Shown piece after piece: positions 25,237 through 38,263 of a stretch of DNA of 64,000 bases (within the stretch, counting starts at the first letter, position 1; each line of letters begins with the position of its first letter). The notes below the pieces were generated by a model that saw nothing but the letters and a program-made list of their open reading frames with translations, did not search any database and was not told the origin of the DNA. The stretch is taken from NCBI RefSeq assembly GCF_964213995.1, contig NW_027590135.1:1116001-1180000 (forward strand), given 5' to 3'. The DNA comes from Mustelus asterias. Lineage: Eukaryota. The position numbers and the translations under genes are program-made.

Positions 25237-25513
25237 CAGAGATTGAGGGAGTTAATTCCACACTCACACACAATAATGGATTGAGAGAGTTAATTCCACA
25301 CTCTCACACAGTAATAGATTGAGAGAGAGAGTTTGTTGCACTGTCACACAGGAATATATTGAGACAGTTAATTCCAGACTGACACACAGAAACAGATTGA
25401 GAGAGAGTTATTTCCGCACTCTCACACGGTAATAGATTGAGTGAGAGTTAATTGCACAGTCAGACAGTAATAGATCGAGTTAATTCCACACACACACACA
25501 GTAATTGATTGAA

Positions 25514-25857
25514 AATCATAGAAACCCTACAGTGCAGAAAGAGGCCATTCGGCCCATCGAGTCTGCACCGACCACAATCCCACCCAGGCCCTACCCCCAT
25601 ATCCCTACATATTTTATCCACTAATCCCTCTAACCTACGCATCTCAGGAAACTAAGGGGCAATTTTTTTAATCATGGTCAATCAACCTAACCCGCACATC
25701 TTTGGACTGTGGGAGGAAACCGGAGCACCCGGAGGAAACCCACGCAGACACGAGGAGAATGTGCAAACTCCACACAGACAGTGACCCGAGCCGGGAATTG
25801 AACCCAGGTCCCTGGAGCTGAAGCAGCAGTGCTAACCACTGTGCTACCGTGCCGCCC
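25514..25857 (-). mobile_element. HE1-like SINE, full length, inserted in minisatellite C
   Basis: Reverse complement of 251-580. Confidence 0.92.
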
Positions 25858-26374
25858 AAATTGAAAGAGAGTTAATTCCACACTCACGCACAGTAATTGA
25901 GAGAAGGTTAATTCTACACTCACACGCAATGATAGATTGAGAGGGAGTTAATTCCACATTCAAACACAGTAATAGATTCAGAGAGAGTTAATTCAATACT
26001 GGCACACAGTAAAAGATTGAGGGAGAGTTAATTCCCCGCTCAGACACAGTAATAGATTGAGATATAATTCCACACTGACTCACGGTAATTGATTGAGAGA
26101 GAGTCAATTCCACACTCACACAATGTAACAGATTGAGAGTTAATTCCACAGTGACAGAGAGTAATAGATTGAGAGACAGTTAATTCCACATTCATACAAG
26201 TAATAGATTGAGAGACCGTTAATTCCACACTCTCTCACAATAATAGATTGAGAGAGAGTTAATTCAACACTGACACACACGAATAGATTGAGACAGGGTT
26301 AATTCCGCACCCACACACAATGATCGATTCAGAGAGAGTTAATTCCACACACTCACTGTGAAGCTCAGTTAATC

Positions 26375-28400
26375 AACACATTTTCAATTGGGCCATTGTC
26401 ACATTGTCTAATTTGGTAAAGCCAGAAGTACAGTACTTATTTACTATCTCTGCCATACCCTCTGCTACAGTGAGCAGTTTACCCTGCTTGGCCCTTATGA
26501 ACCCCACTCTATCCTTCACTAATCCTTTACAATTAATATGTTTGAAGAAGATGTTATGATTTGTATTAGCGCAGCCTGCTAACATTTCCTCATGCTTCCT
26601 CTTCATTATTCCAGCCTTAGCCCCTCTCCTGCATTTAGAGCTGTTTTTCATGATTTCCATTGCTATTATTATTCCAGCATGCATCATATGCCTCTTTTTT
26701 CTTCCTTATTTTCTCGTCAATAACCTTAGACATCCAGGATACCCCAGCTTTGGACACCGCATATTTGTGTCTGGTGGCTATGTACCTGGCTGGCATCCCA
26801 TTCAACTCAACTTTGAAAGTCTCCCATTTGTCAACCACTGTTTTATCCTCGCAATTTGCCTCATTTGCCACATTTTGCCCTCACTTAATCTATCTGTTTC
26901 CTTTTGAAGCCTCCTTACGTATACTTCACAATTAATTTCTTATCTATCTTTATGCTGTCAGAAAATTTAGCAACGGTACCTTCAGTCCCTTCACCCAAGC
27001 AATTTTTATAAATTGTAACAATTTGTAGCCCCAGCATGAATACACCACTCATCAGATCCTGCCACCCAGAAAAAGAACCATTTGTGCAAACTCTTTTTGA
27101 CCTGTTAGCTAGCCAACCATCAATCCATGCCAAAATGATACGCCCAAAACCATGAATGTTTATTTTACACAATAACCTTTAATCTGGCACTTTGGCAAAT
27201 GTCTTCTGGAAATGTAAGTACAGGACATCCACCGGTTCCCCATTCACAGCACATGGGCCTCTTTCAAAAAACTCCAATAATTTAGTTAAACACGATTTCC
27301 CTTTCAGAAAACCATATTGACTCTGCCTGATTGCCTTGTATTTTTTCCAAGTTGTAATATCTGTAATATCTTTCAGAATGGCTTCTAACATTTTCCCGAT
27401 GACAGCTGTTAGGCTAACAGCCTGTAGTTTCCTGCTTTCTGTCTCCATCCCTTTTTGAATCAAGGTATTACATTTGTTATATTTCAACCTAATGGAACAT
27501 TCTCCAAAGTCAGGGAATTTTGCAAAATTAAAACAAATGCATCAACTATCTCATTCGCCACTTCTTTCATGTCCTTCACGAGAAGTCCATCCGGACCCAG
27601 GAATTTGTCAGCCTGTCGACCCGACAATTTGCTCAATACCCCTTTCCCTGTTGATTGGAATTTTCCTGTGTTCCTCCCTCCCTTCCATTTGCTGGTTTAC
27701 AGCTATTTCTGGGATGTTACTTGTATCCTCTATCGTGAACACCAATGAAAAATACCTGTTCAATTCATTTGCCAATACCCTGTTTTCCATTATCAATCCC
27801 CCAGTTGCACTTTCTATAGAACCAATGCTCACTCTGCTAACTCTTTCCTTGTTCAACTATCTCCAGAATCTCTGACTATCCACCTTCATATTACTGGCTA
27901 CTTGTCAGCTTCAGCTTGGAAATTTCCTGATAAACGCAGCTTTAACAATTGTTTGTGGACAATTCAACATTTCCACCATCCTCTGTAAAGAAGCTTTTTT
28001 CTGAAATTACCCCTGAAATGCCTCTGTCATTTTACAGTGAGTTTCCCCATTCAGAGCCAATAGTTTATCTCTCTGTACCCTGTCAAATTATTCATTGTAA
28101 ACATCTCACTCACATCATCCCTTAATCTTCCATATTCAGGTAATGACAGGACTTGTTTTTGCAATCTGTCCTCATCATTTGAGTTTGGTATCACTGGTGA
28201 AATTCTGTTGCTCCCACTCCAAGGCCAATCTAACCTTCTTGAGGTGTGTTGTCCAGACTGAACGCAGTGATCTAAATGGGGTCTAAACAAGAGTTTTCTA
28301 TAACTGTAGCACGAGTTCCAATTCTTCATATTCTATTCGCTTTGTTACATTATTTTTTACCTTCCTGTCCACTAGCTGATAATGATGTCTGTACACGGCT
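26375..28400 (-). mobile_element. Rearranged old CR1 LINE fragments
   Basis: Minus-strand ORFs with SQYGFLKGKSCLTKLLEFF, FQKTFAKVP, LANELNRYFSLVFT, RPHLDHCVQ, not in collinear order. Confidence 0.8.
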
Positions 28401-28671
28401 CTCTGTTCCTCCACAGTTTCTTGCATCTTGCCACAAACATAACCACTCTGCTCTATTACATAACAAGGAAATTTCAAACTTAATGTGTTTCCCAAAGATA
28501 ATCTGTTACTGCTCCATCACTAATAACGTTTTCCGTTGTTCTTTCAGCCGGTGTAAACCGAGAGAATGGAAGGGAGGAAGGAAAAATCTTGCTGCCTTTT
28601 TCCCGAATCCTATTTGATCATCATTCCAACAACAATTGGGTCAGGAAATCTAATTGGTTTTCCTCTGGGTG

Positions 28672-28990
28672 AATCATAGAATCCCAACAGTGCAGAAGGA
28701 GGCCATTCAGCCCATCAAGTCTGCACCAACAACAATCCCACCCAGGTCTGATCCCTGTAACCCCACATAGTTATCCCGCAAATCCATCTAAACTATGCAT
28801 CCCGGGACACTAAGGGGCAATTTAGCATGGCCAATCCACCTAACCTGCACATCTTTGGACTGTGGGAGGAAACTGGAGCACCTGGAGGAAACCCACGCAG
28901 ACACGGGGAGAGCGTGCAGACTCCACACAGACAATGACCTAAGCCAGCAATCAAACCCAGGTTCCTGGTGCTGTGAGGCAGCAGTGCCAC
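28672..28990 (-). mobile_element. HE1-like SINE
   Basis: Homologous to 251-580, reverse strand. Confidence 0.88.
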
Positions 28991-29120
28991 CCCATAAACT
29001 TCTAATTTGCCCCATTAGGAATCCACCCCATTGGGATTTGAATCCAGGTCTCTGGGTTTCCAGACCAGTACATCCATCCTCTGCCTCTTTCCTCTTCTGA
29101 AAGAGGAAAGGGCTCCTGTT

Positions 29121-29275
29121 TTCTCCCACAGTCCAAAGATGTGCAGATTAGGTGAATTGGCCATGCTAAATTCTCCCTCAGTGTACCCGAACAGGCGTCG
29201 GAGTGTGGCGACGAAGGGATTTTCACAGTAATTTAATTGCAGTGTTAAATGTAAGCCTACTTGTGACTAATAAAT
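29121..29275 (+). mobile_element. SINE with HE1-type body and alternative 3' tail
   Basis: CCCACAGTCCAAAGATGTG body followed by CCCGAACAGGCGTCGGAGTGTGGCGAC...CTACTTGTGACTAATAA; same tail at ~54172-54300. Confidence 0.7.
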
Positions 29276-29809
29276 TATCTTTTAAACTTTCGTTTGTGTC
29301 TCCTGTCCTGTAATCCAAACACTGACCCAGAATTCACTCAGCCGCTTTCGCTTTGTGCTGAAAGCTGTTATTATTCTGTTATTTTCACAGCTCCTAAATG
29401 ACCTCATTAGCGGCTGTTTTTCGCGGTAACGGTCCCTTCTCTCAATTCCTGAAATGTTCATTGATTCATCATTTTATTCACAGTAATTCCCCGCAGGGTA
29501 ACAGTCCGGAGTGGGATTATTACAGAGCGGAATAAGGACAGTGTGAGGACTCGATCCGACTCCCTGTTTTCAGTGAAGGACACTGGGTTCTGATTGAAGA
29601 CTCAACGGAGTGTTTTCCTTCTGGGAATGCTGTGAACAGGGATTGATTCCCGCCCAGGACAGTTAGAAAGCGATAGGAGAATGAAACACTTTGAAAGAAA
29701 ATGTTAAAGCCGCGCCTGCGATTGGTGACGGGAAGAACTGAATAAAAGCAAATCAATAGAAGGGATTTGAAATCTCTGACTGAGGGCGACATTGATTTGA
29801 ATTCGCTCC

Positions 29810-30429
<620 letters not shown>

Positions 30430-30459
30430 AGCGGCCATTCTTTAATCTGATAACCCAAA

Positions 30460-30500
30460 GGCTCTTTTCAGAGCCACTCACTTTATCTGAAAAAGGGCGA
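30460..30500 (+). terminator. Histone 3' stem-loop (30460-30475) and downstream element of H2A
   Basis: CCAAA-GGCTCTTTTCAGAGCC-ACTCA, then GAAAAAGGGCG. Confidence 0.95.
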
Positions 30501-30922
30501 TCTCGTGTCGATCGGTCAGTTTCTGCACTGCTATTCACAGTACAGCTGTTTCCCGCTTTGTTCTATCAATCCGTACTATTGACACATACAGTATTTTAAT
30601 ACACGTTGCTGCTGTTTATTGGGGAAACCATCCCAGTGAACTGAAATGATCCTATTTCCAATATAATTGCTTTAAAATGTGACAGTCTGCGAGGACATTC
30701 ATCGGTTTTCAAAGTCAGTCACTCGATCTGGAAAAGTTATTGTCTATGCGAATGTTCCTGCAATGGCTATATCGGTGTGAGTGGGTTACTGTTGGAGACA
30801 TGCTTCATATTCTGAACTTAATTGACACAATTTTCAACACTCGCTGCGACTCGAAACACGTGCGAAGAAAGTGGATTTGCGGAATTATTGCTCGGAAACT
30901 GAAATGATCGCAGGTTTAATAA

Positions 30923-31248
30923 AATCATAGAATCCCTACAGTGCAGAAGGAGGCCATTCGGCCCATCGAGTCTGCACCGACCGCAATCCCACCCAGGCCC
31001 TATCCCCATTACTCCATGCATTTACCCTTGCTAGTCTCCCTGACACTCTGGGGCAATTTAGCATGGACAATCCACCTAACCCGCACATCTTTGGACTGTG
31101 GGAGGAAACCGGAGCACCCGGAGGAAACCCACGCATACACGGGGAGAATGTGCAAACTCCACACATGCAGTCACCCAAGTCGGGAATCGAACCCAGGTCC
31201 CTGGTGCTGTGAGGCAGCAGTGCTAACCACTGTGCCACCGTGCTGCCC
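30923..31248 (-). mobile_element. HE1-like SINE between H2A and H3
   Basis: Full-length reverse-complement copy with tRNA head at the 31248 end. Confidence 0.92.
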
Positions 31249-31437
31249 CATACTTTAAAATTAAATTGCGGTAGAATTGTTAACGGCATAGTTTTTACTC
31301 CAACCATCAAAGGATTGGAGATATGAATGACCTCAATGCAACGGAGGGTTAATTGTAACATTGAGAGGTTTCAGTTTTGGAGTCCTGGGAATATTCTGTC
31401 CTGGGAATTCAAACACTAGAATCGTTAGCAGGAGATC

Positions 31438-31479
31438 GCAGCTCTTTCATTTGTCGAGTTGGTGGCTCTTAAAAGAGCC
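31438..31479 (-). terminator. Histone 3' stem-loop (31464-31479) and HDE of H3
   Basis: Minus strand GGCTCTTTTAAGAGCC-ACCAA...TGAAAGAGCTG. Confidence 0.95.
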
Positions 31480-31507
31480 GTTGTTGTTCTTGGTGCTGAG
31501 GTCGGGT

Positions 31508-31987
<480 letters not shown>

Positions 31988-33175
31988 TTAAACTCTGTGA
32001 GGGACCGCCCCCAGCGGGAATTGGCCCAGGAAGTTTCAATCAAACTCTGACCAGGGAATTAATGTCTGTAACTCAGGTTCTGATTGGTTCAGTTGTTTTC
32101 TTAACCGCCCCTTTCAGACATTACGCCGTTTTCTGTGCAGGAAATAACCGTTTATATAAAATAAGTCTTCATTCCGTCCTTAATAAGATAATTCCCAGAA
32201 ACATTGAAGATTTGAAGTCTATCTCCCCCCACTTAGTGCTTTAGACCCTTTTCCCGCTCTCTGGGCTGTTCATTCCCAGAATCTCCCGCTGTTCCACTCG
32301 ATCCCTGTCCCTTTCCTCTCCAGCCCATTCAGATTTCCCCTCTCCTGTCGCTTGTAACATTCGCCGCCGTTTTCGGGGGCAAGCATCAGAAATCAGTCGC
32401 TTCTCTGTGTCTCCCTGAAGCCGGTGTGAAAGGGGTTGAGTCTGTTGTTTGTTACAGAGTGACTTCATATTTGTCCCGTTTGACATTACTGAATAGAGCC
32501 GTTTGCTGCCCGTGGCGGACAAATGTTCACAAATGAAACCTCTTTGTAAAATAATCTTAGAGCAGAATATTAATTGAGAATCTATTTTTAATAAGTTAAG
32601 AATTTGTCTCAATTCCCTTTCCCGCGCTGAAATTGGCGGCATTTCCCCCAATTCAAAATTTCTGCTGGTTGACAGTTGAAGCCAATGATTGGCTCAATGT
32701 TCACATTCGATGCTCTGCGATTGGTTCAGAGCTGCGAATGTGGAGAGGATGGCCAATCAGAAGCAGGCTGGGGTTGGAGCGGCTCAAACTGCGGGAATTG
32801 CGGGTTTGTGAATGACTGAGCGGAAACTGATCAGTTTCACAAAGCGTCAGTTTCAGTGCAGGAAACAACCGTCTGGGGGCAAATAGCATCACAACTGGGA
32901 CCGGCTACTCCTACTAAACTCCGCTATTCCAGAGAAAGCTTTTACAAACTCTATCCAAACACTGAGTGATTAAACAGGAGTGATGTGGCGTTTCACTGAG
33001 GGCACATGTCAACTGGGGGCTGCTCCGACAATCCACTTAAAAATTTCCAAAAAAAATCCGCATGGCTGCTCCAAATGAAATGTTAAATTCGGTGATTCCC
33101 GCACTGTAACCTAAACAAAACAAACATGCATCTCAAACACTGAACAGCCTGTCCAAGCCCCCATCCCCTGGTCAA

Positions 33176-33215
33176 TGCTCTCTCTGTGAAGCGGTGAGTG
33201 GCTCTTAAAAGAGCC
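33176..33215 (-). terminator. Histone 3' stem-loop (33200-33215) and HDE of H4
   Basis: Minus strand CAAA-GGCTCTTTTAAGAGCC-ACTCA...CAGAGAGAGCA. Confidence 0.94.
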
Positions 33216-33249
33216 TTTGTTGTGTGTTCGGTAGGAAGGTTGCAGTTGT

Positions 33250-33570
<321 letters not shown>

Positions 33571-33617
33571 TCACTCAGATCTCTGCACAATATGAGAGAG
33601 GAACTCTTTCAGGCTCC

Positions 33618-33650
33618 TTTTATACAGCCCGCCCCGACCTGACTGAGAAA
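33618..33650 (-). promoter_or_regulatory. H4 promoter: TATAAAA and site II-like element
   Basis: Minus strand TTTCTCAGTCAGGTCGGGG (resembles the TCA-N4-GGTCC H4 element) just upstream of TATAAAA (33618-33624). Confidence 0.7.
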
Positions 33651-33768
33651 GGCGGAGTGAGAGCAGAGAGGGGAGGAGACAGAGTGAAGATTAAACACAG
33701 AGCGGGAGGGAGGAGAGAGCCGGACTGACACACACACAGAACGGCCCCTGATCTTTCAGCTCCACCTC

Positions 33769-34465
33769 CATAAGACCATAAGACCATAAGACATAGGAGC
33801 GGAAGTAAGGCCATTCGGCCCATCGAGTCCACTCCACCATTCAATCATGGTTGATTTCAACTCCATTTACCCGCTCTCTCCCCATAGCCCTTAATTCCTC
33901 GAGAAATCAAGAATTTATCAATTTCTGTCTTGAAGACGCTCAACGTCTCGGCCTCCACAGCCCTCTGTGGCAATGAATTCCACAGACCCACCACTCTCTG
34001 GCTGAAGAAATTTCTCCTCATCTCTGTTCTAAAGTGACTCCCTTTTATTCTAAGGCTGTGCCCCCGCGTCCTAGTCTCCCCTGTTAATGGAAACAACTTC
34101 CCTACGTCCATCCTATCTAAGCCGTTCATTATCTTGTAAGTTTCTATCAGATCTCCCCTCAACCTCCTAAACTCCAATGAATATAATCCCACGATCCTCA
34201 GACGTTCATCGTATGTCAGGCCTACCATTCCTGGGATCATCCGTGTGAATCTCCGCTGGACCCGCTCCAGTGCCAGTATGTCCTTCCTGAGGTGTGGGGC
34301 CCAAAATTGCTCACAGTACTCCAAATGGGGCCTAACCAGTGCTTTATAAAGCCTCAGAAGTACATCCCTGCTTTTGTATTCCAAGCCTCTTGAGATAAAT
34401 GACAACATTACATTTGCTTTCCTAATTACGGACTCAACCTGCAAGTTTACCTTTAGAGAATCCTG
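33769..34465 (-). mobile_element. Young 5'-truncated CR1 LINE in the H4 upstream region
   Basis: Uninterrupted 203-aa ORF2 C-terminus (33857-34468); tail (GGTCTTAT)n on the minus strand. Confidence 0.96.
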
Positions 34466-34751
34466 CAACCGCCAATTTCAACCCGTTTATTAACAATGGA
34501 AGCGAAACACAGCTCCCCACACAAACCCTGTGTGAGAGACAGAGTTAACGATTCGGGTCGTGACTTTGTCCTTTTGTGTTTTTAAACCTGGTCCCGTAAT
34601 AATTCCCAGTCAGTAATATTCCGACCTAAACACAGTCGATTCGATAGCAAGAATCTTCCTCCGGAACATCCTCACACACATCTGCTTCTCGCTGTTTGCA
34701 AACACTTTATTGAAGCTGTTTGGGGCAATCTCCTGAGTTAAAATTAAGGGA

Positions 34752-34821
34752 GTCAGGATGGCCGAGCGGTCTAAGGTCGCAGTCTCCTCTGGAGGCGTGG
34801 GTTCAAATCCCACTCCTGACA
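34752..34821 (+). pseudogene. tRNA-Leu (CAG family) pseudogene, anticodon arm deleted
   Basis: GTCAGGATGGCCGAGCGGTCTAAGG|TCGCAGTCTCCTCTGGAGGCGTGGGTTCAAATCCCACTCCTGACA; 13 nt containing the anticodon missing. Confidence 0.88.
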
Positions 34822-34849
34822 GTGATTTTTGGCTAAGAATTGCCGTCTC

Positions 34850-35090
34850 AGAGCGCCAGGCACCTGGGTTCGATTCCCGGCTGAGGTCTCTGTCTGTGTG
34901 GAGTTTGCACATTCTCCCCGGGCTTCCTCCGGTTTCCTCCCGCACACCAAAGTGCCTGTCAGGTTGATTGGCCATGCTAAATTCTCCCGGAGTGTCCGGT
35001 CAATAAATAGGGTAATGGGGATCCGACCTGGGTGGGATTGAGGTCGGTTCAGACTCGATGGGACGATTGACCTCCTTCTGCACTGCAGGG
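34850..35090 (+). mobile_element. Degenerate HE1-like SINE
   Basis: B-box GGTTCGATTCCC, body GTGTGGAGTTTGCACATTCTCC, tail CTTCTGCACTG. Confidence 0.8.
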
Positions 35091-35312
35091 ATTCGGTTAA
35101 AAATTAGGCTGCAATGCGGTGTTGAGCCACCAGTGTTACTGTCTCACACTGAATCTACCAGACATCTTTATTATGAGAGAAAGTGGCGATTGAACAAATG
35201 TCAAATTCAAATGAAATTCAGCCTCTGCTGTGTTTTGCTTTAGTCTGAATTTGAAATGATTTCTATTGAGAATGAGCCGGGCCGCGGGACAGGAATCATT
35301 TTCTTGCGGGAT

Positions 35313-35353
35313 CAGCTCTTTCCTGAGAGATGTGGGTGGCTCTGAGAAGAGCC
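35313..35353 (-). terminator. Histone 3' stem-loop (35338-35353) and HDE of H1
   Basis: Minus strand CCAAA-GGCTCTTCTCAGAGCC-ACCCA...GGAAAGAGCTG. Confidence 0.94.
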
Positions 35354-35389
35354 TTTGGGTTCAGAGGTTTACAATTTGCTCGGGTTGTT

Positions 35390-36025
35390 TCACTTCTTTC
35401 CTGACGCTTTCTTCGCTTTTGCTGCTTTCACTTTGGGTTTGGCCTTCGATTTAGTCACTTTTTTGACAGACTTTCCGCCCGTCACCTTCTTCACAGGAGA
35501 CTTTTTCTTCAGGGCTGCTTTCTTCACCGCCTTTTTTGGAGTTGCCGCCTTCTTGCTGCTTGTTTTCTTCACTGTTGATTTCTTCACTGGAGTTTTCTTT
35601 GCTGCGGGTTTCTTTGTTGTCACCTTCTTGGCCGGTGTTTTCTTTACTAAAGATTTCTTGGCTTTTGGTGTCTTCACCTTCTTTCCCATTTTCCCCGGGC
35701 TTTCCTTCTTAGCGAGTTTGAAGGAGCCGGAGGCGCCCTGTCCCTTTATCTGCACCAGAGACCCTGTCTCCACCTTCCTCTTGATAGTTAACCTGATCTG
35801 GGAGACGCGCTTCCCCACATCCACTCCGCTGCCAGCCAAAGCTTTCTTTATCGCGGCCAGGGACATCCCATTGCGATCGCTGCATCCCGCCACAACATTG
35901 ACGATCTGCTCGCCCAACTTGGGACCGGCTGCCGCAGGTCGGGGAGCCGCCTTCTTCTTCCTGGGAGACTTCACTTGAGCGGGAGCGGCTGGAGGAGCCG
36001 TTTCGGCGGCTGCAGTTTCAGTCAT
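35390..36025 (-). CDS. H1: Linker histone H1, replication-dependent (211 aa)
   Basis: MTETAAAETAPPAAPA N-tail, globular domain ..G.SLAAIKKALA..G.DV.K....LVQ.KG.GASGSFKL, Lys-rich tail with TPKK/SPVK sites. Confidence 0.97.
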   Translation of the reverse strand: MTETAAAETAPPAAPAQVKSPRKKKAAPRPAAAGPKLGEQIVNVVAGCSDRNGMSLAAIKKALAGSGVDVGKRVSQIRLTIKRKVETGSLVQIKGQGASGSFKLAKKESPGKMGKKVKTPKAKKSLVKKTPAKKVTTKKPAAKKTPVKKSTVKKTSSKKAATPKKAVKKAALKKKSPVKKVTGGKSVKKVTKSKAKPKVKAAKAKKASGKK

Positions 36026-36167
36026 ATCCGAGAGTGTGTGGAAAATCTGTGTGAGTCAGAACTGGATCCGAAATGAACCCAGTGGTGGCGGCACAGAGCA
36101 ACTTAAAGGCAGAGAGCGGACGGAGCAGAGACAAGCTGCTGTCAGCTCCCGGCTCCTCCAGCCTCTC

Positions 36168-36528
36168 TGTGTTTCTCTCTCCTCACAAACTGTCCCATTG
36201 CAATGAAATTCCGCCTCTCCAGAGATCCAGCTCACATCCTTCATGTCTCTGACACACGAATGTTTGCTGTTGAAAAGGTTTCACTCGAACTGAGGACTCA
36301 ATTTTCCACTGAAACCCGTTTTACTGCTGCACTGATCGCGCTCTCACACGCGATAGCTGACATGTTCTCTACTTTTCCACTGAAATTTTCAGTTTGGCGA
36401 AACAATTGCCTTGAAATCTCACTTTGGGGCTCAGCAGGGGGATTAAGGGAATCTTTGATTGGAAAATTGTTTTATTTTACACAAGAGAGACTCGGAGATC
36501 TCATGATCTGAACAGACACACAAACACA
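36168..36528 (-). promoter_or_regulatory. H1 box (AAACACA, 36168-36174) and inverted upstream TG box (36522-36528)
   Basis: TGTGTTT on + at 36168 (AAACACA on the H1 strand) and AAACACA on + at 36522. Confidence 0.7.
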
Positions 36529-37611
36529 GTTGGATTAGTCTGAACCGCCCGCTCCTTTCATACACTCTCTCTTCCACAATATTCACATCTACACATTCAC
36601 AGGACAAAACTTTCACCAACTGTAAGGTCCCAGGACGGAATTTCTCCTCCTTTTAGACTTTCCTCTGTATTCCGGGGGGTTCACCTCAGTAACTGTTAAA
36701 CACTCTGAGTCCCGCTTCTTGCAGATTGTCTTTGAATTCATTCATGGAATGTGAGTGTCGCTGTCTGGGTCAGCATTTATTCCCATCCCTAATTGCCCTT
36801 GGGAAGGAGGTGATGAGCTGCTTCTGGAACCGCTGCAGTCCATGTGGTGTAGGACCACATCTGTAAACCAGATTCCGTGGCCAGAGCCAATCATATCTGT
36901 TTTTTTCAGTTATTATAGCGGTTGCAGAGATCACTGTGTTTCTTTAGGGCGAAGGACAAATTATCTGCTCTCGGAGTCTCTCAATTTTCCTGTTTTATTT
37001 GTTTCTTCTGCGCTGACAGGTAACAGTAAATCACAACCTCAACAACCAGTGACAGCCAGTTAAATAATCATCCCCCACTCGCTGATAATGGAGTTTCTGA
37101 CAGTGGCAGACATGTTCTGACCATCCTCCGATTGGGCCCGAAGGTGACCAGATTCACTGTCAGAGCTGGACTTTCTTACTGAGGGGGTGGCAGAGCCAGG
37201 TGAGTGATGATGGTGACTGCGCGAACATTTGACCAAGGGTCAGTTCCTGGCCATCACAGTGGTAATTCATTTAATTATCTATCGCAGGTCAGAACAGTAG
37301 GTGGGCACTCCTAAAATAAAATTGACTAAAAATTCTCATCATCGCTGTGTTTCGAATGTAAAATCCACATTCAATTTGCTTTCAGCTGAAACGTTGTTCA
37401 AATGAAAGAAAAGGCCTCAAAACTAATCAATGAGTTCTCAGTCAGAAACAATGGGAAAACGAAAGGTGGCCTAAACTGTCCAGAAAAACGAGACAAGCCA
37501 AGTTCAGTTTACAAACTGTGCTATGGACACATCTGGTATCTGATGAAATCAGCAACTCAGGAAGTTCAGTAATTATAACTAATGAAAATAACAGTTGTTT
37601 AAGCAGAGTGA

Positions 37612-37683
37612 GCGATGGTGGTATAGGGGTGAGCATAACTGCCTTCCAGGCAGATGGCCCAGGTTTGATTCCTGGCCAACGCA
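37612..37683 (+). tRNA. tRNA-Gly(TCC), diverged, probably pseudogene
   Basis: 72 nt with anticodon loop CT-TCC-AG; T-loop TTTGA instead of TTCGA and an acceptor-stem mismatch. Confidence 0.8.
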
Positions 37684-38017
37684 TTGGTCATTTATTTTGA
37701 ACCTTATCCACGGCCTCTTGTGTTTTAAACTGAGTGGACAAAAACAGGGCGAACGCAACATTTGACAGGAATGAAATAAAATGCAGATACCTTTTTCATT
37801 TTTTGTTCGGACATAATTCTTTTTTGATGAAAAATATTGGAAGAGAAAAACAAGTCTCTGACCGAATAAATGAATTTTCAGCCAGACACAAAGACTCAAA
37901 GTAAAAGTAGAGGAACAAATTTCAGCTCCCGCACTGTGCATTGCGCAATCCTGGTGCCTGATGAAGTTAATGTGAACGTTACTGAGGTGGTTACATTATT
38001 CTGACAAATAAGATCTG

Positions 38018-38250
38018 CCAAAAGATAAAACACTGGAAAATCTCAGCAGGTCTGACAGCATCTGTAAAGAATGAAAAGAGCTGACGTTTCGAGTCCAGAT
38101 GACTCTTTGTCAAAGCTTTGACAGCGGATCGTCTGGACTCGAAACGTCAGCTCTTTTCTCTCCTTACAGATGCTGCCAGACTTGCTGAGATTTTCCAGCA
38201 TTTTCTCTTTTGGTTTCAGATTCCAACATCCGCAGTGATTTGCTTTCATT
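38018..38250. mobile_element. Fold-back (palindromic) Penelope-related element
   Basis: 196-bp imperfect palindrome 38018-38213 centred on CAAAGCTTTG; absent from the paralogous cassette. Confidence 0.8.
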
Positions 38251-38263
38251 CTTTAAAGAAGCA

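Larger units (their letters stand above)
15985..26360. repeat. Minisatellite C, ~36-38 bp unit CACACAGTAATAGATTGAGAGAGAGTTAATTCCACACT, interrupted by three CR1s and one SINE
   Basis: Array blocks at ~15985-17078, 19165-19720, 21560-21891, 22890-25513 and 25858-26360. Confidence 0.95.

Noticed and set aside
614-26360. 36-38 bp repeats as a CRISPR array
   Set aside because: Units are head-to-tail without unique spacers, there are no cas genes, and the context is eukaryotic.
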